Source: a virus (lineage: Duplodnaviria; Caudoviricetes). From it: a DNA stretch of 64,000 bases. Of the stretch, positions 28,135 through 39,009 are shown piece after piece (position 1 is the first letter of the stretch; every line of letters starts with the position of its first letter). The notes beneath the pieces were generated by a model, which did not search any database, had not been told where the DNA came from, and worked only from the letters and a program-made list of their open reading frames with translations. The translations under genes were made by a program, and so were the position numbers. Location of the stretch: the IMG/VR virus record IMGVR_UViG_3300028048_000042. One strand, 5' to 3'.

Positions 28135-28515
28135 ATGGCACGTCAACAAATTGTTATACCAATAGAAACAGGATATGATACTTATTTGATTTTTGAATTT
28201 TCAAAATATAAATTTTCGCAGATATGTTTGACTTTGCATCATCCTAGCAAATTTCATTGTATTCCTATTGCGATAAAAGAATGGAGAATGCCAAGGCACG
28301 ATTATCCTTTTGATTCTTATGACCACCTAAATAAAGAAATTCAAAATTTACGTGAAGGAATTAATCAAGATGAAAAATTGAATTTTTTCAAAAAAAGAAT
28401 CCCTAAACCATTAGAAAAAGCAATGCTTAAATGGATTGATGAATTTTCTGTATGGTCTATTCCTTGTAAAACTATGTATGAAATAATTGGTTTGGATGTA
28501 AGGGATGGTATATAA
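28135..28515 (+). CDS. hypothetical protein (paralogue of 32537..32908)
   Basis: YPFDSYDHL vs YPFNSYDNL. Confidence 0.7.
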   Translation: MARQQIVIPIETGYDTYLIFEFSKYKFSQICLTLHHPSKFHCIPIAIKEWRMPRHDYPFDSYDHLNKEIQNLREGINQDEKLNFFKKRIPKPLEKAMLKWIDEFSVWSIPCKTMYEIIGLDVRDGI

Positions 28516-28883
28516 TGGGCGAATTAATTTATCAATACGATTGCTTGTTACCCTCAGGTACAAAATTCAAATTTAAAATCAATACACCTGATTATAAAAA
28601 CGATTCGATAGAAATGCAATTTTTTGTCACTATGGACTTTAGAAAAGACAAAGAAAAATTTATCAAAAATAATTTTGATATAATTACAGGCATTTTTAAA
28701 TATGGATTATCAAATGATTCTATGTGTAAAATCAAAACAAAGATGAAGGCTAGAGCAATAAAATATGCGCAACCTTTTACAATGAAAGATGTACGTGCTG
28801 CAAACAAAATCATTGATGGCTTAGATATAAATGTAAATAAATTTCCAAAAATCAAAGAAAGAGGGCGTAGACATGGTATATAA
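28515..28883 (+). CDS. hypothetical protein
   Basis: coupled start. Confidence 0.65.
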   Translation: MGELIYQYDCLLPSGTKFKFKINTPDYKNDSIEMQFFVTMDFRKDKEKFIKNNFDIITGIFKYGLSNDSMCKIKTKMKARAIKYAQPFTMKDVRAANKIIDGLDINVNKFPKIKERGRRHGI

Positions 28884-29115
28884 ACTCAACAAAAAAGATG
28901 GTACTGAATTTGATAACGCCATTGACAGGGCTTTTTCTGAAATGGAATTTAAGGATTTACCTATTGATAAAGCAAATCAATTATTTCGAGATGGAGTTCT
29001 CGGATTGTATATCGCAGAAATGGCTTTAAAAAATGGAAAGCACATTTATGTTCATAGTGACTTATTCACCATAGCTGTAAATATTCGAGAAGCTTGTGAG
29101 TTGGTGGCAAAATGA
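28873..29115 (+). CDS. hypothetical protein
   Basis: GAGG RBS. Confidence 0.6.
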   Translation: MVYKLNKKDGTEFDNAIDRAFSEMEFKDLPIDKANQLFRDGVLGLYIAEMALKNGKHIYVHSDLFTIAVNIREACELVAK

Positions 29116-29510
29116 CTAGCAAATTTATTCCTCATTCAATTTCAATTCAGAACCCTCAATATAGCATTGCCTGTATATATATTTTCAATAGTTATGATTC
29201 TTATAACGGTGAACTCAATCTATGTTTTGAATTTGGATTAAAAGAACCGTTAAAAAACAACAAAAATGGAGCAACGTATTCTTTTTATTGTACTGTTAAA
29301 TGTAATGGGAATTTGAAAATCAAAGCCTATAAAGACATTGAATATGTATTTAAAACAGCACTTGCTAAATTGAAAAATAGTGATGAATATCACAAACCGC
29401 ATTGGAAAAAGAAATGGCAGAATCTTATAGATTTAACTCAGAATGTAAATATTTATAAATACATTTCTGCAAAAGATATAATGATGTTAAACAATGACTT
29501 TTCATTATAA
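29112..29510 (+). CDS. hypothetical protein
   Basis: ATGA overlap. Confidence 0.65.
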   Translation: MTSKFIPHSISIQNPQYSIACIYIFNSYDSYNGELNLCFEFGLKEPLKNNKNGATYSFYCTVKCNGNLKIKAYKDIEYVFKTALAKLKNSDEYHKPHWKKKWQNLIDLTQNVNIYKYISAKDIMMLNNDFSL

Positions 29511-29542
29511 TAAAATGTATATATTTTATAGTACCACATTAC

Positions 29543-29572
29543 AAAGCTAAGATTTTTATCTTAGCTTTTTTT
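29543..29572 (+). terminator. intrinsic terminator
   Basis: aaagctaagat / atcttagcttt plus T-tract. Confidence 0.75.
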
Positions 29573-29586
29573 ATTTTTACGGTAGA
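29572..29586 (+). promoter_or_regulatory. candidate late promoter TATT-N7-TAGA
   Basis: same spaced motif before four large structural-type genes. Confidence 0.5.
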
Positions 29587-29611
29587 AAATAAAAAAAAAG
29601 GGGTAAAAACA

Positions 29612-32482
29612 ATGGCAAAACTAATACAAGAAGAACAATTGTGTACATCAATAAAAAATAAATTGTTAAATTCAATAAAAGCATGGAAGCCAAAAACATA
29701 TTTTTGTCAAGGGGATATTGTCTTAACTTTAAATAATATATATATGGAATGCTTGCGTGATGGAGTTACAGGCAGTGTTGAACCAAACTGTGCAGGAATA
29801 ATAGAGGATGGAACTGTGCAATGGAAAGCAAACACTCAAACTTCTCAACCACAAAATGTAGATACAACTGTTGTTGAAACTTCACTTGATATATTAGAAC
29901 AATTTCCTACTCCAAAAGAAGGAGATTTATGTATTGTACAACGAAAAATGCCAAATTTGCAAGAATTAAAATCAAATACAAGTTGTTTTATAATATTTTC
30001 TATATATTGTGATGATTTAGATTGTGATGTTTTAATTAAAAACCCAAAAACATTCGATAAATTAATGGATTTAAAAAGCAAAACAACGGGAGAATCACTT
30101 TTAGAATTAACAGATACTATAAACACGGATTATGGATATGAAAGATATGATTCAATTGAAACAAGCACAACCATCCAAGAATTACTTTATTATTGTATGG
30201 CGGCAAAAGATAAAAACAAAAAACACACAATAAAAAACAAATATTACATATATAATGCACAAACTATAGTAAAAAAAATATCAGGTAAAGAACTAAAAAT
30301 TGATTATCTAACTTATAAATTGAATGTATCTCAAAACAATGCAGCAATAAGCTATATTATTTATATCAATTGTCCAACCAATAATGGTAATGAGAAAATA
30401 TTCGGAACAAATGATTTAGAATCTATTGCAGGTCGCAAATTATACTTTTATGATACACAAAAGAAAAGGAAAAACATATACATACAAATTGATAGATTAT
30501 TTAACAATACTCGTGATAAAGAACATTTAATGCTTGCAGATGTTGAAGCAGGAATGAATCGCTATAAAGACGGTGTTACATATGAAGAGTATGACCCTAT
30601 GGAAGGCCCCAAATCATTACTCGGTTGGAAATCTTTTTCTAATAATTATGTAGATGAAAATATAAAAAACAACACAATTCAATTCAAAACAATAAACATT
30701 TATAAAGCATACACAGGAGGAATATTTAACACAATAAAAAACAGTTTATCAGTTACAGGAATTGAAAGTAACGAGCAAATACAATATAATGCAGAACAGC
30801 AAATAAAAAATTACATAAAACGAACATTCAATCAGACGCAAGACATCGACTTAATTCACTACACATCTTCCACTACAAAAATATCTTCTTATGATTCAAA
30901 AGGAACACCTTCTAACACATCTATACCTTTATTAAAAGATGTTTGCGTTTCTCAATCAGAAGTGGCCTTAAACACACCAAGGGTAAAATATAATTATGAT
31001 AATTCCACACTTACAGTTTCAGACTATATGTATGCAAATAATCAATATGAGATTAGAGGAGTAAAAACATATTTTAAATACGGAATTACAATACCGTATA
31101 ATTTTTCAAATATTAAAATTGTTTCAAATGATATAGAATCACTTGCAAAAAATTTCTGTTTTTACTCGGACTTGGGGGTAAACTTTTGGCCATTAGGTGT
31201 AAATCTATCAAATTATATTTTAAGTGTGGATTTTTTAGAAATAGAAAATTTAAAATACACAAATACCAACTTTGTAACAGATTATTGCATTTATGAAAAA
31301 AATCGACCATATTATTATTATCAAAATATAAGAAAGATAAACTTCTTAAATTTAGAAATAGAAACTTATATTATTGGCGGTTCGTATATTACTTTACCTA
31401 TTTTAAGCAATACATGTATAACAGAACTTACAATACCATTCAATCTTAATTTATTTTTGATAAATGGCAGTGATGAATTTCAAATTTTTAAAGATAAAAC
31501 AATCCCAAGAAAACTACAATTATGTTGTCCAAAATTAAAAAGAATTCACCTTACAGAATTTAGAATCAGTAAAGAAAAAAAAGTTTATGACGAGCCATAT
31601 AAAACAAAAAAATTAACCCCACCAAAAGAGGTTGAAGCTACATATATCAAATTTAAACCAACTGACAAAAAAATTAAACGATGGGCATATGTTTTAAAAG
31701 ATGGAACATACAAAATAGATACGATTTTTAGAGAATACAATCTTTTACAATTTGTAAAAGATGTTCTAATAAAAAACAGTCCACAAACAAGAACAATCAT
31801 TTTTGATGGTACAAGTACAGAAAAACAAACATTAGATATGGGAGAAGATAGATATGGAGATAAACAAACTGCGGAAATTGATATAGGGGAAATTGTTGTA
31901 AAAATAACAGATGATTTATGTGGTATTTACATAAGTTACGCTTCTAGTGGTAAATTATTTGAATTAGAAAATGATTATGACGGTTATTCTTTTTTGGGAA
32001 TGAAATATGATGGCAATAAATTTTATGACAATTCAAATAGCGAAAATTGCTATTATTGCATTCCAATTAATGACTTTTCATTAAGTTTTGAATCCACGTC
32101 AACTGTTAGACATGAAACATGTGTTTATATGAACACTCAACATTATTTAGAAAACGATAATTATATTGCAACGTCAAACAAACAATATGATTATTCTTCC
32201 GACTCAATATCGCAATCTACAGCTACTTTGTTAGATTTTGATTTTAAATTGTCAAATGGAGATAGTTTTATTCAAACAGGAGCGCAAATAAAATCTTACT
32301 CACAACACCCCACAAAAATAACTAACGTTATAAATGATGAACAAAAATACATTGTTCTTCCTCTTTTAAACCATAAAATAGATTGTTCAAAAATTGCATT
32401 ATGTATTTATGGCAATGATTTTTATGCAAAAATAGATAAAAATAAATTGGGAACTCCAATACCATTATTAGCAGAATACTAA
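29612..32482 (+). CDS. large putative virion/tail-associated protein (paralogue of 45294..48740)
   Basis: N-terminal WKPKTY..GDIV...DGTVQW carbohydrate-binding-like module; shares N- and C-terminal blocks with 45294. Confidence 0.6.
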   Translation: MAKLIQEEQLCTSIKNKLLNSIKAWKPKTYFCQGDIVLTLNNIYMECLRDGVTGSVEPNCAGIIEDGTVQWKANTQTSQPQNVDTTVVETSLDILEQFPTPKEGDLCIVQRKMPNLQELKSNTSCFIIFSIYCDDLDCDVLIKNPKTFDKLMDLKSKTTGESLLELTDTINTDYGYERYDSIETSTTIQELLYYCMAAKDKNKKHTIKNKYYIYNAQTIVKKISGKELKIDYLTYKLNVSQNNAAISYIIYINCPTNNGNEKIFGTNDLESIAGRKLYFYDTQKKRKNIYIQIDRLFNNTRDKEHLMLADVEAGMNRYKDGVTYEEYDPMEGPKSLLGWKSFSNNYVDENIKNNTIQFKTINIYKAYTGGIFNTIKNSLSVTGIESNEQIQYNAEQQIKNYIKRTFNQTQDIDLIHYTSSTTKISSYDSKGTPSNTSIPLLKDVCVSQSEVALNTPRVKYNYDNSTLTVSDYMYANNQYEIRGVKTYFKYGITIPYNFSNIKIVSNDIESLAKNFCFYSDLGVNFWPLGVNLSNYILSVDFLEIENLKYTNTNFVTDYCIYEKNRPYYYYQNIRKINFLNLEIETYIIGGSYITLPILSNTCITELTIPFNLNLFLINGSDEFQIFKDKTIPRKLQLCCPKLKRIHLTEFRISKEKKVYDEPYKTKKLTPPKEVEATYIKFKPTDKKIKRWAYVLKDGTYKIDTIFREYNLLQFVKDVLIKNSPQTRTIIFDGTSTEKQTLDMGEDRYGDKQTAEIDIGEIVVKITDDLCGIYISYASSGKLFELENDYDGYSFLGMKYDGNKFYDNSNSENCYYCIPINDFSLSFESTSTVRHETCVYMNTQHYLENDNYIATSNKQYDYSSDSISQSTATLLDFDFKLSNGDSFIQTGAQIKSYSQHPTKITNVINDEQKYIVLPLLNHKIDCSKIALCIYGNDFYAKIDKNKLGTPIPLLAEY

Positions 32483-32486
32483 AATA

Positions 32487-32515
32487 TTGACAAAAATCCT
32501 CCTATGTGATAAAAT
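32487..32515 (+). promoter_or_regulatory. sigma-A-like promoter
   Basis: TTGACA-17-TAAAAT with TG. Confidence 0.7.
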
Positions 32516-32536
32516 ATTTTGCAAAGGAGGATTTTT

Positions 32537-32908
32537 ATGTCTGATAATAAAAGCAAAATGGTTGTTATAAATATAAAAAACGGTAAATACATTATAGTTT
32601 TTTCCTCAACCCCAAACATTTGGGGAGATTACAGTCTTGGGCGTAGTCAAGCAGTATTGTATAGAAAAAAAACCGTCATAAGTATAATTACATGGGAGTG
32701 GGAAATATATGGGCAATATTATCCATTCAATTCTTACGATAATTTAAAAAAAGCATTTAAACATATGGTTGATATTACTATTAAAGAACAATCAAACACA
32801 GAGTCTATATTAACGTTAGAAGACATATGGACTTTCGATGTATACCAAATACCTGCTCGTACATTAAATGTATTAAATGGATTTCCTGACAAACAATTTT
32901 CATTTTAG
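32537..32908 (+). CDS. hypothetical protein (paralogue of 28135..28515)
   Basis: AGGAGG RBS. Confidence 0.7.
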   Translation: MSDNKSKMVVINIKNGKYIIVFSSTPNIWGDYSLGRSQAVLYRKKTVISIITWEWEIYGQYYPFNSYDNLKKAFKHMVDITIKEQSNTESILTLEDIWTFDVYQIPARTLNVLNGFPDKQFSF

Positions 32909-32919
32909 GAGGAATTATT

Positions 32920-34779
32920 ATGAATAAAGGTTTAATGTTGAGAAAAATTAAGGATGCAGACAAGGCTTATTACATGGATGATAATCCCATTATGTCAGAT
33001 GAAGAATATGATACTTTAAGAAATACATACATTTCTTTGTATGGCAGTAAAGATTTAGATTATGTAAGTGGAGATATAAAAAAGGGATTAAAACCATTCA
33101 AACATACTTGTAATATCAATTCTTTAAAAAAAATTCGTTATTACGAAAAAGAAAAACTGATTGAAGAAATTCGCAGGTTGAGTCCAATTGTAGTTGAGCC
33201 AAAATATGATGGACTGACCGTTGTTGCTTATCCTAGCGGTGAGTTTGTCACTCGTGGTGGCGGTTTGGTCGGAGAAGTGCTGAACAATTTCCCTTCTCGC
33301 TATAACAAAAATACCTCAGAGTTCCCCATTCGTGGAGAAGCATATTTGACTGTTAAAGATTTTGAAATCATCAATGCTGATTTACGCAACAAAGGTATGG
33401 ATTTATATAAAAACCCTCGTAATGCCTGTGCAGGCATCTTGCGAAGAATTGATTCTAGCCCTTATAAAGAATATGTGAAATACATTTGTTATGATGTAAT
33501 TGGTAGTGATGCAGGGGAATTAGACAAAATTAAATATATCAAAGAACATACCAACTTTGATGTAGCTGAAACGTTCATTCCTCCTGCATGTGATTTAGCT
33601 GATTATTTTAGCAAACTCTACGACAAAAAAAGTAAAGAAGATATTCCTATTGATGGTTTAGTAATCAAAACAACATTTGCAGGCAGTTTAAAAAGATTTG
33701 GCTCAACTGACCATCATCCAAGAAATGCCTTTGCGTATAAATCCCAGGATGAAATTAAAGCTACGAATATCATTTCTGTGGAATGGCAAGTTGGTAGAGA
33801 AAGTGTAACTCCAATTGCTATTTTTGAACCTGTAGAATTAGAAGGTACGACAGTATCAAAAGCTTCCCTTAGTAATGCAGGTTTGTTTATGGATTTAGAT
33901 TTACATATTGGCGATACTGTGTCGGTATTCAAGGCGAATCAAATTATTCCTCAAATCAAAAGCAAATTGGCAAACAATGGTGGTAATAAAATCGAATTGC
34001 CGAAAACATGTCCTGTATGCGGTTGTGCATTAGAAAGCCGAAAAAATAACGATACATATACAATTGTTTGCCCAAATGAAATGTGTAAAGGAAAATTAGT
34101 TAATAAAATCGAATACATGTTTTCAAAGAAATGTCTTAATGCAAAAGGTATGTCTTCAAAAACCATTGAAAAAATGTTACCTTACATTAATCATCCAACT
34201 GATATTTTCAATATTACTTTGGAACAAATTTTAACTTTGGAAGGATTTAAGGAAAAATCTGCCAATAATTTATATAATGCTATCCAAAATTCACGCAAAA
34301 ACGTTTCATTGGATGTATTTATTGCTAGTATTGGATTTTTAGGTATTGGATTTGACGTTGGCAAATTACTTGCAAATAAATATAATACTTATGATAAAGT
34401 TTTGATGGGATTACAAAACGATTCTCTAACAGACATTAAAGGAATTGGTGAAACCACAGCCTTAAAATTAAAATCTAATAACTTCATTCATGAAATGAAA
34501 AAGCTTCATGAATATATTGAAATTAAGGAAGAAACATTTACAACTAATAATAATTGTTTAACATTTGTTATTACAGGTAAATTTTCTCAACCTCGCAGCG
34601 TTTTAGAAAAAATGATTGAACAAGCAGGTCATAAAGTAGCAAGTGCAATTAGTAAAAACACCAATTATCTTGTTATTAGTGATTTATCGTCAACATCATC
34701 TAAAACGAAAAAAGCAAAACAGTTGGGAATTCCAATGATTGATGATAAGCAATTAGAAAATATTTTACAGGAAGGATAA
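32920..34779 (+). CDS. ligA: NAD-dependent DNA ligase
   Basis: EPKYDG adenylation motif, TRG, RGE, NPRN, OB fold, Cys4 zinc finger, HhH repeats, BRCT. Confidence 0.95.
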   Translation: MNKGLMLRKIKDADKAYYMDDNPIMSDEEYDTLRNTYISLYGSKDLDYVSGDIKKGLKPFKHTCNINSLKKIRYYEKEKLIEEIRRLSPIVVEPKYDGLTVVAYPSGEFVTRGGGLVGEVLNNFPSRYNKNTSEFPIRGEAYLTVKDFEIINADLRNKGMDLYKNPRNACAGILRRIDSSPYKEYVKYICYDVIGSDAGELDKIKYIKEHTNFDVAETFIPPACDLADYFSKLYDKKSKEDIPIDGLVIKTTFAGSLKRFGSTDHHPRNAFAYKSQDEIKATNIISVEWQVGRESVTPIAIFEPVELEGTTVSKASLSNAGLFMDLDLHIGDTVSVFKANQIIPQIKSKLANNGGNKIELPKTCPVCGCALESRKNNDTYTIVCPNEMCKGKLVNKIEYMFSKKCLNAKGMSSKTIEKMLPYINHPTDIFNITLEQILTLEGFKEKSANNLYNAIQNSRKNVSLDVFIASIGFLGIGFDVGKLLANKYNTYDKVLMGLQNDSLTDIKGIGETTALKLKSNNFIHEMKKLHEYIEIKEETFTTNNNCLTFVITGKFSQPRSVLEKMIEQAGHKVASAISKNTNYLVISDLSSTSSKTKKAKQLGIPMIDDKQLENILQEG

Positions 34780-34785
34780 TGATGT

Positions 34786-35139
34786 ATGTTCAATTTTATC
34801 AAAGAGTGGATTCTAGGAGATATAGAAAAGCGTGTTCATTACCTTGAAAACATGGAACGTGCTCATGATGCAAGAATTTCTGCATTAACTTTAGAAAATA
34901 CGAAACTGAAAGAAAGAGTTGCGAATCTCGAAAAGGAAAATAAGGCAAATACAGACCTTTTGCTTGATATGAATGATGATATGTTGCAAATGGAAGCATT
35001 TTGCCTTGATGCCACAATGGTAACAAAACCCACATCCATTTTGGCAGTAGAAGAAGCAGAACCTCTTAAAGGTGGTACAATCAGAGCACGAAATATCCAC
35101 ACAATTGCACAAGAGCAACGAGATTCCAAAACAATGTAA
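34786..35139 (+). CDS. coiled-coil hypothetical protein
   Basis: heptad pattern. Confidence 0.65.
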   Translation: MFNFIKEWILGDIEKRVHYLENMERAHDARISALTLENTKLKERVANLEKENKANTDLLLDMNDDMLQMEAFCLDATMVTKPTSILAVEEAEPLKGGTIRARNIHTIAQEQRDSKTM

Positions 35140-35145
35140 TATTAT

Positions 35146-35173
35146 AAACATCCCCAAATGGGGATGTTTTTTT
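35146..35173 (+). terminator. intrinsic terminator
   Basis: aaacatcccca / tggggatgttt plus T-tract. Confidence 0.8.
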
Positions 35174-35463
35174 GCAAAAAAAATCAAATTGATTTTTATC
35201 CTAAAAACAAAAAAAATCCATATTTTCACACAAATTTTCTAAATTGACCAACAATTCTACATAATAGTATTTCATCTTTCCTTATATACATTTTTCCTTA
35301 TATATAGGAAGTAATTTGTTCAAACTGTACTAAATTGTTGTATATAGCTGAATTTTAAATCATCTGACAATTCACAGAAGTGGTTCTTTAGTCCTAAGTG
35401 TTGACTTTTAGGAGAATGCACTATAATATAGTAAATGTTTGAACAAAAAGGAGAAATGTAAGA

Positions 35464-35856
35464 ATGTGCAAAATCACAACCAAGACAATTTACAACAAAT
35501 TAACTAAGGACGAGAAGAAATGGTTATGCCCTGACGGTAAGTGGTCTGAAATTGCAGATGACAAGGTTATTTACAAGGAGGTTAGTAAAAAAGGTTTTAT
35601 TGAAGCGTACAACACAGGCATTATAGAGGATGCTGTATACTTCGACATTGCAGTAGTAAAAGAGCATAGGCAGGAAGGTTTAGCTTCTAAAATGTTTAAT
35701 AATATGGTAGAATGTCTAAAAGAAAAGAATTTCACTACCATCTTTACATATGTTCACAAGGATAATGACCCCTCCTATTGGATGCTTGACAAGTTCGGTT
35801 TTGAAATTATCGGCAAATGTGATGATATGTGGAAATTGAAATTACAGGTGGCATGA
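35464..35856 (+). CDS. GNAT family N-acetyltransferase
   Basis: IAVVKEHRQEGLAS acetyl-CoA motif; N..S..ML.KFGF. Confidence 0.85.
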   Translation: MCKITTKTIYNKLTKDEKKWLCPDGKWSEIADDKVIYKEVSKKGFIEAYNTGIIEDAVYFDIAVVKEHRQEGLASKMFNNMVECLKEKNFTTIFTYVHKDNDPSYWMLDKFGFEIIGKCDDMWKLKLQVA

Positions 35857-35857
35857 T

Positions 35858-36310
35858 ATGCAAGAAACCGACAAAAATATGGTGTGCAATGTTAAAATTT
35901 GTGAGAATTTAGGTATTGTCACATATAACAAAAATATAACAATTCGTACAGGTAAAAAATCAAACAGATACGAACTGCTTTTGCAATTTGTTTCATACGG
36001 TACAGATGCTTATCTAAATTTACCATATTATTTTGATTTATACTTTTTAATCAAAGACGATAAAAAAAAATTGCTTGATATATCTCTTTTGGATAGTGAT
36101 GGTGTAATTATTAATTTAAAAAACAAAAAACTTACTCGTAGCGATATAGAAGGTATCATTTGCTGTTTCAAATTTGACGGACGCCTTTCAGAAAAACTAA
36201 TGAATACAAAAATTAATTACGATATAATTATACAACATTTAACACAAATGTTATCAAGAATAAAAACAAAACAATTGCGCTTAATTAAAAGTAGAGTTAT
36301 GGGAGTATAA
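35858..36310 (+). CDS. RxxG-phi family protein
   Basis: ends IKSRVMGV*. Confidence 0.75.
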   Translation: MQETDKNMVCNVKICENLGIVTYNKNITIRTGKKSNRYELLLQFVSYGTDAYLNLPYYFDLYFLIKDDKKKLLDISLLDSDGVIINLKNKKLTRSDIEGIICCFKFDGRLSEKLMNTKINYDIIIQHLTQMLSRIKTKQLRLIKSRVMGV

Positions 36311-36357
36311 TATACTCCCATATGATGCATGTAAATAAATTCTGAGGTGAATTACAT

Positions 36358-36687
36358 ATGAATGATTCGCAATCATTAATAGGCTTTATAAAATGGGCAT
36401 CAGATGTTCAAGTTTATGGTTGTGTTAGCATGGAAAAAGATTATAACACAGGTGTGGCAAAAATTTGTGTGATTGCAAAACACATATCAAACGAAGACCT
36501 CGACTACACTTACGTTTGCAATTTCATTAGATGTAGGGAAGATATTGTCGAACGAGTTTTAGGAGATATAATACATAAATTCGGAGCAACAGAAACTCCG
36601 AATCTTCAAAATTTAATCAAAAGTTGTTTGTCAAAACAAGGTCGTAGAAATATGGGTATATATGCATCTAGGATTCTTGGAACATAA
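36358..36687 (+). CDS. RxxG-phi family protein
   Basis: ends YASRILGT*. Confidence 0.75.
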   Translation: MNDSQSLIGFIKWASDVQVYGCVSMEKDYNTGVAKICVIAKHISNEDLDYTYVCNFIRCREDIVERVLGDIIHKFGATETPNLQNLIKSCLSKQGRRNMGIYASRILGT

Positions 36688-36730
36688 AAACAAGGTAACG
36701 TTTTGTTACCTTGTTTTTTTAAAAAAAATG

Positions 36731-36759
36731 TTGACAAATATTTTCTATTATGATATACT
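36731..36759 (+). promoter_or_regulatory. sigma-A-like promoter, after terminator 36687-36720
   Basis: TTGACA-17-TATACT with TG. Confidence 0.7.
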
Positions 36760-36791
36760 TTAGTTACACTAAAGCGAAGGAGATTTTAAAA

Positions 36792-37841
36792 ATGAAAAGT
36801 TATAATGCTTTTGAAAAAGAATTATACAAATCACTTTTTAACACAGAAAACGAAACAGTCACAAAACAATATAAAAATCGCATATACATGATTTGTTCCA
36901 CAGAAGAAAATGAATTTATTCAAAGAGTTGTTACAGCCAACAATCTAAAAGATATACTTTCTTTGAATAAAGTTTTATACACAAAACGTTTGTTTGATTG
37001 TGATGTGGTAATTGAACGCGACCCTTATGAAAGCAACATAATGATAAAGAATTATCAAAGGGAAGCAAAAAAAATAATGGTCGAGTCAAATGTAGATACT
37101 ATCACATTAAAACGTAGTGAGTCTGTGGTTGAGTACACTTACGAAAATAACGGTGATATGCTACATCTTCAACTTAACGCCATTTCTAAAGATGCAAAAA
37201 CAACCAACACAATATATCGAGTTTCAGGAATTGTTTATTTTGCTAATGATTTTGACGATATAGCTTTTGTTTTACATGAAGATGATTTAAAGAAATTAAT
37301 GCCACAATTAAAAAAATCAAACATGTTTGCGGTCAATAAGCTTTATAAAGTTTGGTTAAGTTGGTACAAAAACATCACAAAAAACAATGGTATTACAGGC
37401 GTTAGTGATGATTTTTGCAAAAATGTACCACGAAATTTTTCTTTCAATAGTATTACAGATAAATTTCCATTGTTTCAAAAAAAACTTGTTTGGTATAATC
37501 AAAAATACAAAAATTACTACAGAAACTATTTTAAATATAATTATCCAAACAAAGAAATTATGGAAAAATTTCTTATACAAGAATTGTCAAAACCTAAATA
37601 TCATGGTTATGAAGTTCTTGTAAATGATGGAAAAGGTATCTTTACTACTATAAATAAAGTAGCTATTTACATCAAAACAGATTTGGGTTATATTCAAGAA
37701 ACAGACACAACATCGAAGGAATTTCAAAATATAAAAACTCTTGTGTGGAAAAAGATAAATGTGCTTGCTAGATTATCCCACATAAATGCAGAAAGCTATA
37801 TTTATAAAGAACTAGACCGATTAAAATTCATGAATAATTAA
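36792..37841 (+). CDS. hypothetical protein, triplicated family member 1
   Basis: C-terminal KTDLGYI...VLARLSHI; start after AAGGAG. Confidence 0.75.
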   Translation: MKSYNAFEKELYKSLFNTENETVTKQYKNRIYMICSTEENEFIQRVVTANNLKDILSLNKVLYTKRLFDCDVVIERDPYESNIMIKNYQREAKKIMVESNVDTITLKRSESVVEYTYENNGDMLHLQLNAISKDAKTTNTIYRVSGIVYFANDFDDIAFVLHEDDLKKLMPQLKKSNMFAVNKLYKVWLSWYKNITKNNGITGVSDDFCKNVPRNFSFNSITDKFPLFQKKLVWYNQKYKNYYRNYFKYNYPNKEIMEKFLIQELSKPKYHGYEVLVNDGKGIFTTINKVAIYIKTDLGYIQETDTTSKEFQNIKTLVWKKINVLARLSHINAESYIYKELDRLKFMNN

Positions 37842-37857
37842 AGGGAGAGAATATAAA

Positions 37858-39009
37858 ATGTCTACAAATATTTTGCATGAAATTTTTAATGATATTAAAA
37901 CCAAAAGTTTTACTTCATTTACAGATAAGGTATATATGGATGAAGAAAATGTATATATGTTAGCAAAACAAAACGAATATATTGATAAAGATGATTATTT
38001 TGGTAGATATGATTCTCACCATAAATATGATTTTGACATTGTGAATTTTTTTCATCTAAATGTAATAAATAGAAAAACTTTACATGAAGGAATTGCAAAT
38101 AGCACATTTATTTGCCTTGGAGGTATTGGCGAAAAACCTTTAATTTTTCGTCGCCGTTTCAAAGAACATTTCAATAGTATTGTATCTCTTGATGATAGTG
38201 GACGTTGGATTCACACAGATAAATGGAGTGAATTATGCAAAAAAAATAAAAATTTTATATTTCACAAAGACAACATGTACGTTAAAGAATTTCCTATACA
38301 CAAATCCTGTTCATTATTCTTATATGTAAGAGCTAATGATGGAGATTTTAACGAAGACCCAATTCCATACATTAACAATTTTAACATTGAAGCTTATATC
38401 AAAGCGTTTAATTACGAAATGAGCCTATGGAATAATGGTGAAGTTAATGAATTGAAAGATGTTTGCCCTGAGTTTGTAAAAACATATAACGCATTTTTCA
38501 AACCTATTGAAAAACTTACGAATGAAGAGAAAAAGCTAATTAAACCATTGATGCAAAAAGTGGAATTTGACAAACGAATAAACCCACTTTATGACAAAAA
38601 TGATATTGTTGTAAAATGCAAAAAGTTCGCCACAATTGAAAGTATTGATTATGATTTTTGCCCTTCAACAGAATTAATTTCCACAAATGGTGATTATGAA
38701 AATGATGAAGATTTGTCAGCATTGATTGGTGGGTACGTGAATTCATTTAGAATTTATAACAATACAAAAGATTTAGTAGGTTCTAAATTTAAATCACCTA
38801 TCAAAGTAAAAGAACTTGAAGTATTCTTTTCAACCGATGAACCTAACCGTACCGAAATTTTCAAATCTACAAAATATGGCATGATTAATATTGAAAATTA
38901 TGACCGTGTATATGCCAACAAATATAAAAGCATGGTAAAACAGTATCTTGAAACTATTGCTCGTATCTCTAATATAAGTAAAAAAGAAGTTATTGGAGGA
39001 TTAAAATGA
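37858..39009 (+). CDS. hypothetical protein, triplicated family member 2
   Basis: C-terminal STKYGMI...TIARISNI. Confidence 0.75.
   Translation: MSTNILHEIFNDIKTKSFTSFTDKVYMDEENVYMLAKQNEYIDKDDYFGRYDSHHKYDFDIVNFFHLNVINRKTLHEGIANSTFICLGGIGEKPLIFRRRFKEHFNSIVSLDDSGRWIHTDKWSELCKKNKNFIFHKDNMYVKEFPIHKSCSLFLYVRANDGDFNEDPIPYINNFNIEAYIKAFNYEMSLWNNGEVNELKDVCPEFVKTYNAFFKPIEKLTNEEKKLIKPLMQKVEFDKRINPLYDKNDIVVKCKKFATIESIDYDFCPSTELISTNGDYENDEDLSALIGGYVNSFRIYNNTKDLVGSKFKSPIKVKELEVFFSTDEPNRTEIFKSTKYGMINIENYDRVYANKYKSMVKQYLETIARISNISKKEVIGGLK

Noticed and set aside
28515-28883. Member of the RxxG family (ends RRHGI*)
   Set aside because: Lacks the preceding hydrophobic helix and overlaps the next gene's RBS and start; likely chance, so not counted
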